From a virus (Duplodnaviria > Heunggongvirae > Uroviricota > Caudoviricetes): a stretch of DNA of 64,000 nucleotides. The stretch lies in IMG/VR virus record IMGVR_UViG_3300031413_000001; one strand, written 5' to 3'. The translations under genes and the position numbers were made by a program. The notes under the pieces are model-generated. The model saw only the letters and a list, made by a program, of their open reading frames with translations. It was not told the origin of the DNA and ran no database searches. Position 1 is the first letter of the stretch, and each line of letters begins with the position of its first letter. Of this stretch, positions 7,915 through 17,685 are shown in pieces.

Positions 7915-9468
7915 ATGTTCATCCTGGAAGCATTTCAGCGCAAAGCTGTTGTTAGCATTGCTACGCGCTTTGCAACTTGCAAGCGTGTGTTGCTACAAAG
8001 CGCAACAGGGTCGGGCAAAACGGTAATGGCCGTGGAGTTCATCCGGGAGTGGCTGGAAGCGAATCCGGGCAAGAACGTGCTTTGCTTGTTCAATCTTCAG
8101 TGTTTGCTGCCGCAGTTTGAGGCAAGCTTCAAGCGGCATGGTCTGCGGAACGAGGTCGCAGTATTCCACGATCAGATCAGCCGGGCAAAGGATGGCAGTC
8201 GGCTGGTTGACCATCAGAACGATCGCGATCGTCGGATCATGTTGACGATGCCAGAGACGCTGGCTGGTTCGATGCGCGGTGCAGGTTCGGTTGATCTTCA
8301 GCTGGACGAGGATTGGCTTGGTCATGTTGGCCTGATCCTGATCGACGAAGCCCACAAGGGCACAAGCGAAAATTATCAGTATATTCGCAACGAGCTAGAC
8401 GTACAGGTTCTTGGCCTTACGGCGACTCCGATGCGCGTACAGAACAAGGACGGTGAGTGCCTGGCAAACGATTGGGAGTATGCGCTGGTCACAACGACCA
8501 GCATTCGCGAACTCATCGACATGGGCAAGTTGGTCGCTCCACTGTATTATGATCTGGACGAAGATGCCCACTTGTTCCGGGAATGGCAGGCCGCAGTGGC
8601 CATCCACAGTGCAGAGGACGGCAACAAACAGACGATTTGGTTCTGCCGGAACACCAAGCATGCCAAGGACTGGGAAACAAAGCTGTTGGAGGTCGGCGAA
8701 ACTTGCGCGATCATCACCAGCGTTGCAGACGAGGAACTGGGAACGACTTCGCAGACGCCAAATCAGCGCGAGGCAATTTACAAGGACTTCGACGCAGGCA
8801 AGATCACCCACTTGATCAGCATCCAGGCGCTTTGTGAGGGCTTCGACGCCCCGATCGCCAAGTATTGCGTCATCGATCGCGGCATCGGAAACAAGGCGCT
8901 GTATCAGCAGATCTTGGGCCGGGTGCTCCGCCCCTACGAGGGCAAGATCAACGGTCACATCATCGATCGCTGCGGCAATCATCAGAAGCATGGCGACATC
9001 GAGGACTACGTTTGGGACTTGGAAGCTGAAGCAGCAGAGGCTGTGGTCGTAAAGCTGGGCGACAAGCGGACGATCACCCCGGAGCAGATGGAGCGCGCAA
9101 CGTATGTTGAGGTAAAGTGCGAGACGCACGGCTGCCCCAGCGTTTACAATGCCAAGCGGCACTTGAGCTGCCCTCACTGCAATACGGCTCACAAGGTGGA
9201 AGTGGAAGTGTCGGTGTCCACTTGGTTCGCTGCAAAGCTGCCACAGGTCCAGAAGGCCATCATTGCTAACTTTACAGCAACGATCGCCAAGGCACTCAAC
9301 GGGGACTTCCAAGCGGCCATTGCGCTGATGAACAAGTATCCCGAATTGTTCGACGACGATGCAGAGGGCTTGGAGTTCAAGGCCGAATATAGTGCGCTGC
9401 CACAGATTTGCGCCCTTCGCCCCAAGACCGAAAAGGACATGAAGAAGACGTTCCGCTACGCCGCATAA
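7915..9468 (+). CDS. superfamily 2 DEAH helicase with C-terminal Zn finger
   Basis: ATGSGKT, IDEAH, GLTATP, EGFD, QILGRVLR; Cys pairs near C-terminus. Confidence 0.92.
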   Translation: MFILEAFQRKAVVSIATRFATCKRVLLQSATGSGKTVMAVEFIREWLEANPGKNVLCLFNLQCLLPQFEASFKRHGLRNEVAVFHDQISRAKDGSRLVDHQNDRDRRIMLTMPETLAGSMRGAGSVDLQLDEDWLGHVGLILIDEAHKGTSENYQYIRNELDVQVLGLTATPMRVQNKDGECLANDWEYALVTTTSIRELIDMGKLVAPLYYDLDEDAHLFREWQAAVAIHSAEDGNKQTIWFCRNTKHAKDWETKLLEVGETCAIITSVADEELGTTSQTPNQREAIYKDFDAGKITHLISIQALCEGFDAPIAKYCVIDRGIGNKALYQQILGRVLRPYEGKINGHIIDRCGNHQKHGDIEDYVWDLEAEAAEAVVVKLGDKRTITPEQMERATYVEVKCETHGCPSVYNAKRHLSCPHCNTAHKVEVEVSVSTWFAAKLPQVQKAIIANFTATIAKALNGDFQAAIALMNKYPELFDDDAEGLEFKAEYSALPQICALRPKTEKDMKKTFRYAA

Positions 9469-9590
9469 AACACTCCTGAATCTCACCTTTGTTGAAACTT
9501 AGGTGAGATTCTGGTTGACGGCTTCCGCTGTGGCGCTACATCCGAGACATCGGAAACGCACAGCAAAGCTGGCAAACAGGAGTTTACAAC

Positions 9591-10091
9591 ATGGATCGTC
9601 GCAACGCACTCAAGGCTCTCCTCAAGGCAGCGATCACGGGCACGGCCCTCGCAGCATCGAGCATGGCGCAGGCCCAGGGCTTTGGTCTGAACAAGTATGC
9701 GGAGATGGTCCGGCTTCAGCAGGACACCATCGCATTCCATCTTGCGATCAAGGATCGGATGGACATGCAGGGTGGTTCGCTTCGCACCAATGATTCCTAT
9801 GGCAACGCGATTGCCGGCAAGATCGACAACGTGCTGGGCTACAGCATGGACAACTTCACCGGCGACACCAAGTCGGCCGCTGCTCTCGAGGAGTGCAGCA
9901 AGCTGTTCAACGATCGGAACTACATCGACACGCTGAGCGAAGATGGTCTCAAGCGTTGCATGGAAGTGATCGTCCCCGTTGCAGTCGCCCGGACGCTCCT
10001 GGCAAAGTATCGGATCTCCTTCGACCCCAAGAAGGTCAACAACTGGGGCCGGTTCTCGGACTTGTATCAGGACATGATCCTCGCAGCATGA
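9591..10091 (+). CDS. Tat-signal exported protein
   Basis: MDRRNALK twin-arginine motif, hydrophobic stretch, AQA cleavage site. Confidence 0.75.
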   Translation: MDRRNALKALLKAAITGTALAASSMAQAQGFGLNKYAEMVRLQQDTIAFHLAIKDRMDMQGGSLRTNDSYGNAIAGKIDNVLGYSMDNFTGDTKSAAALEECSKLFNDRNYIDTLSEDGLKRCMEVIVPVAVARTLLAKYRISFDPKKVNNWGRFSDLYQDMILAA

Positions 10092-10139
10092 GGTCAGGTG
10101 GTAAGTAGGAGGGAACAACCCCTCCTACTTGGAGCCACT

Positions 10140-10439
10140 ATGCATCTAGATTGTCGAGAGTATCCAGTGGGATACACATTTGCCGAGGTCGCTGGAAAAG
10201 GCCTCGGCCTCTACGTCAGTGTTGCGGACTTTACGATGGCAGGCGACCGCCGCATCTTCCGCATGATCGTTGATGGAGAGCTCTCGAGGGAACAACTGAG
10301 CGCATTGATGGACAGCACGATCCGGGACGCCCATGGATCCTATGAGTTCCTGCAGATCGAAGCCATCACAGGCCCAGCAGTCGACCAGGGCCCGCGTACC
10401 GCTCCCACAAGTCATTACATGCGGGTAACATTCATGTAG
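10140..10439 (+). CDS. hypothetical protein
   Basis: SD GGAG before ATG 10140. Confidence 0.6.
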   Translation: MHLDCREYPVGYTFAEVAGKGLGLYVSVADFTMAGDRRIFRMIVDGELSREQLSALMDSTIRDAHGSYEFLQIEAITGPAVDQGPRTAPTSHYMRVTFM

Positions 10440-10489
10440 GTTGACGGATCTCCAGCATCTGCTATACCAGGGCAATAGGGAGATCGAAC

Positions 10490-10957
10490 GTGGGACTGAT
10501 TGTGATGCCAAATGGAAGCGGTGGGACAATGATCATTCCCACAGCCGATCCAACCCCCACTCCTCCCCAGCAGTTTTATGGACGCTATCTAGCTGATGGT
10601 GGGGTCCGCGTGGATATCACGTATCATACGGACAATCAACAACTGGCCGACCACTTTGAGGTCGACCTCCTGGAAAAGATGAACTGGACTGTTGCTCCCG
10701 AGGAGCCGGCCGTGGAGTCGAAGCCAACCCTGCTGGGAACAATCGGTGGCATCTGGGCATGGGCATTCTTGGCCGCATTTTTGTTGGCCATCCTAACGTT
10801 CTTCCTCGCCATGATCCTCAACATCGCCGGCCTGATCCAGTTCCGTACCATCGACAACATGGTCGCACTGGCAATCAAGGCGGACTTGTTTGTGATCCCA
10901 ACCATTGCCCTGATGTTAACGGGGCTGGCAATCTTCCAGGATTCATCGCAAAAATAG
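10490..10957 (+). CDS. membrane protein (2 TM)
   Basis: GGAGATCG RBS; two hydrophobic helices. Confidence 0.7.
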   Translation: MGLIVMPNGSGGTMIIPTADPTPTPPQQFYGRYLADGGVRVDITYHTDNQQLADHFEVDLLEKMNWTVAPEEPAVESKPTLLGTIGGIWAWAFLAAFLLAILTFFLAMILNIAGLIQFRTIDNMVALAIKADLFVIPTIALMLTGLAIFQDSSQK

Positions 10958-11044
10958 CACGGCGCATCGCGGATTTGTAAAAAATAGCTCTCAAAACAAA
11001 TCTATCGTGCTTGATAATTTTGGTATCTAGTTTATGCCTTAGCA

Positions 11045-11216
11045 GTGGTCTGCCAAGGGGATGCGGAAACCACATAGTGTGGTCACGTAGACAGTCCAGC
11101 ATTGGGGCTTTAGAGTTTCTGGTACTGGCAGGGAAGGCGAGGTAAGTTTACTTAGAAGCCCGAGTTGATTGCGACCCGGCCCGGGGTAATTCTAGTAGAC
11201 TTGGTAGGCAGACTAC
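11045..11216 (+). ncRNA. putative rod-shaped noncoding RNA (6S-like geometry)
   Basis: Terminal stem GTGGTCTGCC/GGCAGACTAC, inner GGGCTT/AAGCCC; TTGATA..TATGCC promoter upstream. Confidence 0.45.
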
Positions 11217-11273
11217 CGATGGGAAGGGCAGGTTTAGGCTTGTCCTTCCCATTGTCTCATATAAGCTGGCTGC

Positions 11274-11708
11274 ATGAGCAAGCTGGTTCCCAATATCGTT
11301 GATACCGCAAGGGTGTTCCGTGGTCAGCCATTGTGCGGCAAGATACGCGAGCAGCGAGCCCACATTTGTCTTGAAAGCAAAGCGTTGGTCTTTGAGATAA
11401 GCAAGCGAGAGCCCAAGGCCCGCTTCTTTGCCGACAAGAGCATGATCGAGTGGGCGGGCGGTCCCTGGTTTATTCAAAGCTTCAAGGACTTTCTGCTTCC
11501 GCAGCTCTCACGTCTTGGAGCCTTGCACCTCCTAGTCCGTGTTGGTGACGTGGAGGCCAAGGACTTGTTCAGTTATCGTACGTGCAATGTGGAACTTGAG
11601 TTCAATCATTCCACGCTGCCCAATCCAATCGCACTGCAACTCGTACAGAAAGCACAACTTCTCGCGATTGTTGATGACGTACTGGAGCGCCAACTGAGTA
11701 CGCTCTGA
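11274..11708 (+). CDS. hypothetical protein
   Basis: 144-aa ORF, apparently leaderless. Confidence 0.6.
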   Translation: MSKLVPNIVDTARVFRGQPLCGKIREQRAHICLESKALVFEISKREPKARFFADKSMIEWAGGPWFIQSFKDFLLPQLSRLGALHLLVRVGDVEAKDLFSYRTCNVELEFNHSTLPNPIALQLVQKAQLLAIVDDVLERQLSTL

Positions 11709-11822
11709 GCGATCTAGTGGTGATTTATAGCTTGACACTTGACATCCTATAGGTAATCTATAGCTTGGTCTGTGGTTGTTAACCATAGATCGGACGCCAA
11801 TGCTATTTCCCGCGAGGTGCCC

Positions 11823-12065
11823 ATGAACACCACAAGCGTGGGGATCACCAAAGAAGCAAGTTCCGTCTTGGACTCTGTTGCAAAACAGACTGGAATGAGC
11901 AAGCTGTATTTGGCCAGCACAGTCATCAAGCTGTTCTTTGACCCCCTGACCAACCCCAACCTACCCCAAGCCCTTAGCGCATTTGAAACGGACCGACGGA
12001 CTGCCGAGCAGGTTTTCGTCGACCGCATCATCGCCACTATGAGATCGGAGAATGTCAATGGATGA
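11823..12065 (+). CDS. small DNA-binding protein, ribbon-helix-helix-like
   Basis: TTSVGIT strand followed by LDSVAKQTGMSK helices; SD GAGG. Confidence 0.55.
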   Translation: MNTTSVGITKEASSVLDSVAKQTGMSKLYLASTVIKLFFDPLTNPNLPQALSAFETDRRTAEQVFVDRIIATMRSENVNG

Positions 12066-13374
12066 GATCAACCTGGATCTCAAGCTGTCCAGCGTTCGCG
12101 TTGGAACAAAGGCCAACAGTCGCCTAGTCTGGAGCATGGGTGTCGAGAAGGAGTTTCTCGATCAGATCCCCGAAGAATACAGAAAGGTTCGCCTTCAGCA
12201 GCAGGGCGGCAAGATGATTGCCCAGCTGGGCGACAGCGGTGTCAAACTCAGCCACAGCGTCAAGGGAAACTTTGCCTGGGCCGGCAGCATTGGCGCCAAT
12301 CACCTGATGGGATTGAGCCTTCCCGAGGATGAGATGCCCGCGCAAAAGCTCAAGGGCCGCTACGTTCACGGCGACCAGCAGATCGTCTTTCTCGCAGATC
12401 TTCCACAGATTGTCCTCAACAGTTTCCTGAATATCAAGGCAGCTCGTGAGGAAGCGGATCCCGAGACACACTTTCCGGCCACGCACTTTCAGGAGGATAT
12501 TCGAGAGGAGATCCAGGCCGACGAGGGTGACCTCAATGATCCCGAGGTTGCCCTGGCGTGGTTCAACAATCGAGTCAAGATGGGTGCTGTCAGTATCCAT
12601 ACTGAGCAGGCAACCCTGACACCCGCACTGGCAGATGTCCTGATCGATCACAACTCGGGCAATCGTCCCATCCGTATTGCCAAGCTGGCCCAGTATGTCG
12701 ATGATATGCGGAATGGTCGCTGGGAGTTCAACGGCGAGACCATCATTATCAGCAAGGAAGGGCTGATGAACAATGGTCAGCACAGAAGCCACGCGGTCAT
12801 TGAAACACAGATTGGCATTCCAGTCTTGTTCGTCTTTGGCGTTGAACGCGAGAGCCGGAAGACCGTTGACACGGGGGCCAATCGTGGGCCGCATGACCAG
12901 CTGAGTGCAGATGGTTTCGCGCAGCCAACAACAATGGCGGCCGTGGCACGTTTTCTCCTCTCCTACGAGGGCAACGCGGGCAAGGGATTTGCCAACTTGA
13001 ATCGCATCAGTGGCCCGGACGTCTACGATCGAGCGAAGAGCGATGCGTTGGTTGAAGAGGCTTCCAACTATCCATACAAGCATGGAAACAAGGCCAAGCG
13101 TCTTGCTCCACCGAGTGTGATCGGCTTCTGCTATTATGCGTTCATGAAGGCGGATCGCCAGGACGCGCAGGACTTTCTTGACCAGGTTGTAACGGGCATC
13201 AACCTGTCCGCCGACAGCGCCGCATACATCACAAGGGAAAAGCTCATGGACTTGAGCGGCCTCCACCGGGAACAGAAGATCGAGCTCTTGTTCCGGGGCT
13301 TTGTGGCGCACAGGAAAAAGAAGCCGGCTCGCGGCTCACAGATCAAAGTCAAGTGGGAATTGCCCCAGCTTTAA
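12052..13374 (+). CDS. ParB/DGQHR-like protein with N-terminal extension
   Basis: NRPI..KL.QY..DM..GRW..NGE..NNGQHR; paralogue of 21006. Confidence 0.75.
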   Translation: MSMDEINLDLKLSSVRVGTKANSRLVWSMGVEKEFLDQIPEEYRKVRLQQQGGKMIAQLGDSGVKLSHSVKGNFAWAGSIGANHLMGLSLPEDEMPAQKLKGRYVHGDQQIVFLADLPQIVLNSFLNIKAAREEADPETHFPATHFQEDIREEIQADEGDLNDPEVALAWFNNRVKMGAVSIHTEQATLTPALADVLIDHNSGNRPIRIAKLAQYVDDMRNGRWEFNGETIIISKEGLMNNGQHRSHAVIETQIGIPVLFVFGVERESRKTVDTGANRGPHDQLSADGFAQPTTMAAVARFLLSYEGNAGKGFANLNRISGPDVYDRAKSDALVEEASNYPYKHGNKAKRLAPPSVIGFCYYAFMKADRQDAQDFLDQVVTGINLSADSAAYITREKLMDLSGLHREQKIELLFRGFVAHRKKKPARGSQIKVKWELPQL

Positions 13375-13385
13375 GGAGATCGAAG

Positions 13386-13826
13386 ATGGCACGTAAGACA
13401 CCAATGAAGCGAGAGCCACTGACCAGCCTGGAAGATATCCGGGACGATTGTGTGGCAGTGGTCATTAACAGTGGACAAAGCTTCAAGCGCGTTCACGAGA
13501 ACGGCGGGCCCACCCCGCAGACCACAAGCAAGTGGCTTCACAGGGAAACGATGTTTCCGCAGCTGGCAACAGTTCGTGCAATGCTCAACGCCTGCGGGCA
13601 TGAGCTGACTATTGCCCCACACGGCAGTGCTCGTATTGAGCGTATAAATCCAGAGGGTGAGGGTCAGGTCGTGATGCCGGCCAAACAGGCGCCCAGCAAG
13701 AGCCGGCTACGCCTTGCAACCCGTCCCAGCGCAATGATTCGTGGTGCAGGAGCCAAGAAGGCCACAGGGCCCAACAAGGTCCTGAATCGCATCGCGGATC
13801 GACGGGAGGCAAGAAAGTCAAAATAG
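13386..13826 (+). CDS. XRE-type HTH protein with basic tail
   Basis: PQTTSKWLHRETMFPQLATVRAML pattern; AGGAGATCG RBS. Confidence 0.6.
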   Translation: MARKTPMKREPLTSLEDIRDDCVAVVINSGQSFKRVHENGGPTPQTTSKWLHRETMFPQLATVRAMLNACGHELTIAPHGSARIERINPEGEGQVVMPAKQAPSKSRLRLATRPSAMIRGAGAKKATGPNKVLNRIADRREARKSK

Positions 13827-13888
13827 TCGGTTGACAGCTTTTGGTTTCCACGCTATTGATATGTATCAATTAAGCATGGAGATCGTAA

Positions 13889-14251
13889 GTGACAAAAGCG
13901 CAGCTGACTCTGGAGCAGTTCATCGAAGCGACCAACAGCGGTCAGATCTTCTCCATCGACTTCGTCAAGCGGACTGACAACTCTCTTCGCACCATGTCGG
14001 CACGGCGTGGTGTGAAGAAGGGAGTCAAGGGCGTGGGGCAGGCATATGACCCCAAGGCCAAGAACCTCCTGACCGTCTACGACATGCAGAAGCTGGACCC
14101 CAGCCGGGAAAGCAACAAGGGCAAGAGCGTTGATGAAATGGAAAAGGGCGCTTTCCGTAACATCAACCTGGAGGCCCTGGTTGCGCTCCGTATGGGCGGC
14201 AAGGCTTACGATTGGAACCACTCCAAGGGCCTGTTCGTCGAAGCAGCATAA
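13889..14251 (+). CDS. phage SH3-barrel-like hypothetical protein
   Basis: FSIDFVKR.D.SLR.M.AR.GV...LTVYDM...FRNINLE pattern. Confidence 0.65.
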   Translation: MTKAQLTLEQFIEATNSGQIFSIDFVKRTDNSLRTMSARRGVKKGVKGVGQAYDPKAKNLLTVYDMQKLDPSRESNKGKSVDEMEKGAFRNINLEALVALRMGGKAYDWNHSKGLFVEAA

Positions 14252-14258
14252 AGTGGTT

Positions 14259-14290
14259 GGAGCGGGAGGAAACTTCCGCTCTTTCCATGT
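14259..14290 (+). terminator. GGAG-GAAA hairpin terminator
   Basis: AGCGGGAG-GAAA-CTTCCGCT followed by CTTTCC. Confidence 0.6.
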
Positions 14291-14330
14291 CTGGTGTTGA
14301 CAAGAGGAACACTGGTGTTATCCATAGTGC

Positions 14331-15077
14331 ATGACGAAGCGCACCACTCTTTTGGCCCGGCCAGCAGGAACCCTCGTGGGACGAGGCACGATCCACTATG
14401 AGCCCAACCGCAACGCCGCACTGGCAAAGCGTGAGGATCGGGTGGCCAGTGAGTTCCACAACTTTGCTGTAAACCAGCTGGACGTCGACAAGTTCACGTT
14501 GCGCGGCAACGATGGATTTGTGCTCGACGATGCGCTCCGTGCTATCAAGGACGCTTATACGGAAGCCGACGTGGTCGAGGCACAGCTTGCGGGTCGAAAG
14601 CTCGCAAAGGTGCTCCTCAATGCCAAGGGTGGGCAGGAGTATCGTTCCACGCTGGAGCGCATGGCGCGCTACCGCAATCAGTATCACTACTGGGCGGTTG
14701 CCAACGTGGATCCTGAGATCGCACGGTACTATCGCTGGTGGGTCAACCGGGAGTTGATGAACATCACGATGGAGCCGGGCTTTGGTCTGCAGGCTCCCAG
14801 CCACACTCCGCACATCACGATCACTCGTGGCGTCAACGACATGCTGGATGTTCCCAAGGCGGAGCGTAACGCACTGTGGGGCAAGTATGAGAATGAGGTG
14901 GTTGAGTTCACCTATACTCCTGAGGTTCGCTACACCGGTGACACCACGGGGGATCGGAAGGCAACTCACTGGTTCATTGTCGTGAACGCTCCCAAGCTGC
15001 GTCAGATCCGTGAGGAGTTTGATATCCCCACGAACTGGAACCTGCACTTGACGTTTGGCAAGGACTATTTTGTTTGA
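14331..15077 (+). CDS. 2H phosphoesterase-domain protein
   Basis: Two HxT motifs (PHITI, LHLTF) in C-terminal half. Confidence 0.7.
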   Translation: MTKRTTLLARPAGTLVGRGTIHYEPNRNAALAKREDRVASEFHNFAVNQLDVDKFTLRGNDGFVLDDALRAIKDAYTEADVVEAQLAGRKLAKVLLNAKGGQEYRSTLERMARYRNQYHYWAVANVDPEIARYYRWWVNRELMNITMEPGFGLQAPSHTPHITITRGVNDMLDVPKAERNALWGKYENEVVEFTYTPEVRYTGDTTGDRKATHWFIVVNAPKLRQIREEFDIPTNWNLHLTFGKDYFV

Positions 15078-15388
15078 TCCCCTGGACGTTTAGTGATGGG
15101 CCGGCCCCTGTGAAGACCTACAAGGACTTCCAGGGGTTTTCCCTAGTATGTCGCGAAAGCGCACTCAAGTGGCTCCGTGGTCGAACCAACCAGCAAGACA
15201 TTGTCATGGACATGATCACCATGAACCGTGCGGCCAACGATCAGTGGCCCGAGGATATTGGGCCACTGGTTGCCTATTACGAATACGTGATGATGCTCTA
15301 CTGCTGGGTGGAGAACAATCGCGATGATGTTCAGACAAAGCTGGCTTATGTTGAGGGACGCCAGTATCAACCGTTGACTGTAGAGTAA
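15074..15388 (+). CDS. hypothetical protein
   Basis: Overlaps previous stop. Confidence 0.6.
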   Translation: MIPWTFSDGPAPVKTYKDFQGFSLVCRESALKWLRGRTNQQDIVMDMITMNRAANDQWPEDIGPLVAYYEYVMMLYCWVENNRDDVQTKLAYVEGRQYQPLTVE

Positions 15389-15431
15389 CAAATCTGTAAG
15401 AAGTATTGAAATAGGAAGAGGTCGCACTCTA

Positions 15432-15662
15432 ATGTCACTGATGCAGGCAATCGTCATTTTTGAGATTGCATTCACTACTGGTATCTTTCTCTTGGGGTGG
15501 GCCTATCAGTCCAGCAAGACTTCCGAGCAGCGGCATCTTGATTGGCTACGGGACACCAACGATCCCCGTCTAGCTGAGTATCTTGCACAACATGGCGATC
15601 CCACGGAAACCCTCTGGGACGTGATGGTTGATATATGGGATGCTCGCACTAACACTTATTGA
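15432..15662 (+). CDS. small membrane protein
   Basis: N-terminal TM helix. Confidence 0.6.
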   Translation: MSLMQAIVIFEIAFTTGIFLLGWAYQSSKTSEQRHLDWLRDTNDPRLAEYLAQHGDPTETLWDVMVDIWDARTNTY

Positions 15663-15693
15663 CAAGCTGGACTCCAGAGCCCATAATGTCGCT

Positions 15694-15984
15694 ATGATAG
15701 AGGAATCCGAAAGCAGCGGTCAGGTTTTGGGTGTGGGGAAAATCTCCCGAATCCAAGACGGTGTCGCGTGGGGCCAGTTTGAAGACGGCTTCACGTTTGA
15801 CCTGCCAGTCAGCGACGCCCACAAGGTTGGCGACGACGTGCAGTTTTCCTCATGCGACGATCCAGAGGACATTGGATCCACTCACACCTTTCTAGTGATG
15901 GGTGACCGCTTTGCCACAATCCTCTGGTGCGATGAAGGCCCAGAGGGCTTTGAGATTGTCAACAGCGAAACGCTGACACGATGA
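15694..15984 (+). CDS. acidic hypothetical protein
   Basis: ORF in tightly packed operon. Confidence 0.55.
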   Translation: MIEESESSGQVLGVGKISRIQDGVAWGQFEDGFTFDLPVSDAHKVGDDVQFSSCDDPEDIGSTHTFLVMGDRFATILWCDEGPEGFEIVNSETLTR

Positions 15985-16463
15985 AGCCCGGCGACCTCAA
16001 AGCCAGTGAGAAGCTGCCCCGAGGTTCCTACTTTTACATTAAGGTGGGCTCACGCTTCTACGGCGGACAGCAGATTGAGCAAGTGGAAGTTCTCAGCGAT
16101 CCACGCGACGAGCGTCCACTGACTTACTTTGAAAAAGATGGTCGAAAGACCGAAGGCTATCGCCAATATCAAGTTCGTCAATACTGGTGGAGCTCGCGTA
16201 GTCGCGGTCCACGAGGATCTCGTCTTGAGCGCGATCAGCAAAAGGGCTCTCTTCCCAAGTATGCTGAGCCACGAAAGCGCGTTGAGAAGGTTGTCAAACA
16301 GGAGTTTACGGGACGTTCCCTTCCCATGCTGGTCGATAGTGCAGATCAGGCCAAGCAATTCAGGAAGAAAGAACAGGTAGAATCCGCTTGCTCTATGCTC
16401 CAAAGCCTGTATGGTACAGTTGGCGCTAACGTAAGCGTCCACTACAAAGGAGACACCCGGTGA
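15981..16463 (+). CDS. hypothetical protein
   Basis: ATGA/GTGA overlaps on both sides. Confidence 0.65.
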   Translation: MKPGDLKASEKLPRGSYFYIKVGSRFYGGQQIEQVEVLSDPRDERPLTYFEKDGRKTEGYRQYQVRQYWWSSRSRGPRGSRLERDQQKGSLPKYAEPRKRVEKVVKQEFTGRSLPMLVDSADQAKQFRKKEQVESACSMLQSLYGTVGANVSVHYKGDTR

Positions 16464-16939
16464 GCATTCTCGTGGCGCTGAACGCCAAAACCCTCGAACT
16501 GCGAAAGGCTCGTGATCCACTGGCCGGTTCGTTTCAGGGCATCCAGGCTCTGGCGACGGCGAATGCCAAGGATCGCCTGATCAAGGAACAGGCAAAGCTG
16601 CCGGAAGATCAGCGCAGTGTGGACTTCTCGACGGTCAAGGCCGATGAGCAGGACGCCATCGCGGCTGTTCAAAAGGGCATCAAGCAAGTCCGGGACACCC
16701 TGGCACTCGTGCCCACGGACGCCAAGAGCCTTCGTGAGCTGGAGATCCTGGAGGCGCTGATGCCGAAGCAGCCCAGCGAGGACGAGATCCGTGGCGAAAT
16801 CGAAGCCGCACTCAACACGATGGACGAGCGTCCCAAGGGCGTGGTGGGTATGCTGATGAAGCACCTGGTCGCCGTGTTCGGTCCCACACTGGACAAGGGC
16901 AAGGCCAGCGCAACCATCAGTAAGGTTCTGGCCGCCTAA
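16460..16939 (+). CDS. GatB/YqeY-domain protein
   Basis: ELEILEALMPKQ.SEDEI...GMLMKHL...G..LD...AS pattern. Confidence 0.75.
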   Translation: MSILVALNAKTLELRKARDPLAGSFQGIQALATANAKDRLIKEQAKLPEDQRSVDFSTVKADEQDAIAAVQKGIKQVRDTLALVPTDAKSLRELEILEALMPKQPSEDEIRGEIEAALNTMDERPKGVVGMLMKHLVAVFGPTLDKGKASATISKVLAA

Positions 16940-17268
16940 AGTAGCCGGCGCTTAAAGCGAAACTCCAAGGCAGGTTCGTCTTCCCAACGGATAAAGGCGA
17001 ACTTGACCTCGGAGATCGCTTCGTCGAGTGTGACGTTAAACCACTCCCCACGTATCCGCTTGTGCCCCAGTTGCCGGTGGATCAGCTTTTCGATCACTTT
17101 GGCCTTGGACGTTTCTGTTTCCTCCCTGTAGTGGAGGTGCAGAAAGTCCGTGGTTCCCACTTGCAAGGTGGACAAACGGTGGCTGGGGTTGCCGCTGTAG
17201 CCAATCTTATAAGGTCCCTCTGCTGGGCCGATGACGTAAATACTGGTGAGACTGGTTTCGCTTGACAT
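16936..17268 (-). CDS. GIY-YIG (T5orf172/MUG113-like) nuclease
   Basis: IYVIG...YKIGYS.NP..RL..LQ...EK.IH...RGEWF. Confidence 0.85.
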   Translation of the reverse strand: MSSETSLTSIYVIGPAEGPYKIGYSGNPSHRLSTLQVGTTDFLHLHYREETETSKAKVIEKLIHRQLGHKRIRGEWFNVTLDEAISEVKFAFIRWEDEPALEFRFKRRLL

Positions 17269-17316
17269 ACTGTCAGTTTACTTCCAGAGTACCCCAGAGG
17301 TCAATTTAGGTGAACG

Positions 17317-17685
17317 ATGGCAAAGAACGTTGACGACCACATCTTTATCATCATCGGCGGAGTGGCACTGACCCTGCAGGATATTGGTCCTGCGGCTGAT
17401 ATGAAGATGTGCGACGGCTTTCAGCATATTATTGATGCAGGACTCCTTGGGGAACACCTCAAGGGACAGCCCTGGCATGAGATCATCAAGAGCTCTGGCA
17501 TGCGACTTGAGGGTGAACCCAACGAGGAAGACACCCTGGTCCACACGCTCTACATTCGCTACCAGACTGCAATGGTAAATTGCAAGAGCCTAAGTGAGCA
17601 AGGTCTCCTAACGCAGGCTCACAAGGACGAAATGATGAAACTCCGCCGAGAGTGGCGTGCGGCTGAGAAGCTCAGCAAGAGCTAA
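17317..17685 (+). CDS. hypothetical protein
   Basis: 122-aa ORF, SD AGGTG. Confidence 0.6.
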   Translation: MAKNVDDHIFIIIGGVALTLQDIGPAADMKMCDGFQHIIDAGLLGEHLKGQPWHEIIKSSGMRLEGEPNEEDTLVHTLYIRYQTAMVNCKSLSEQGLLTQAHKDEMMKLRREWRAAEKLSKS

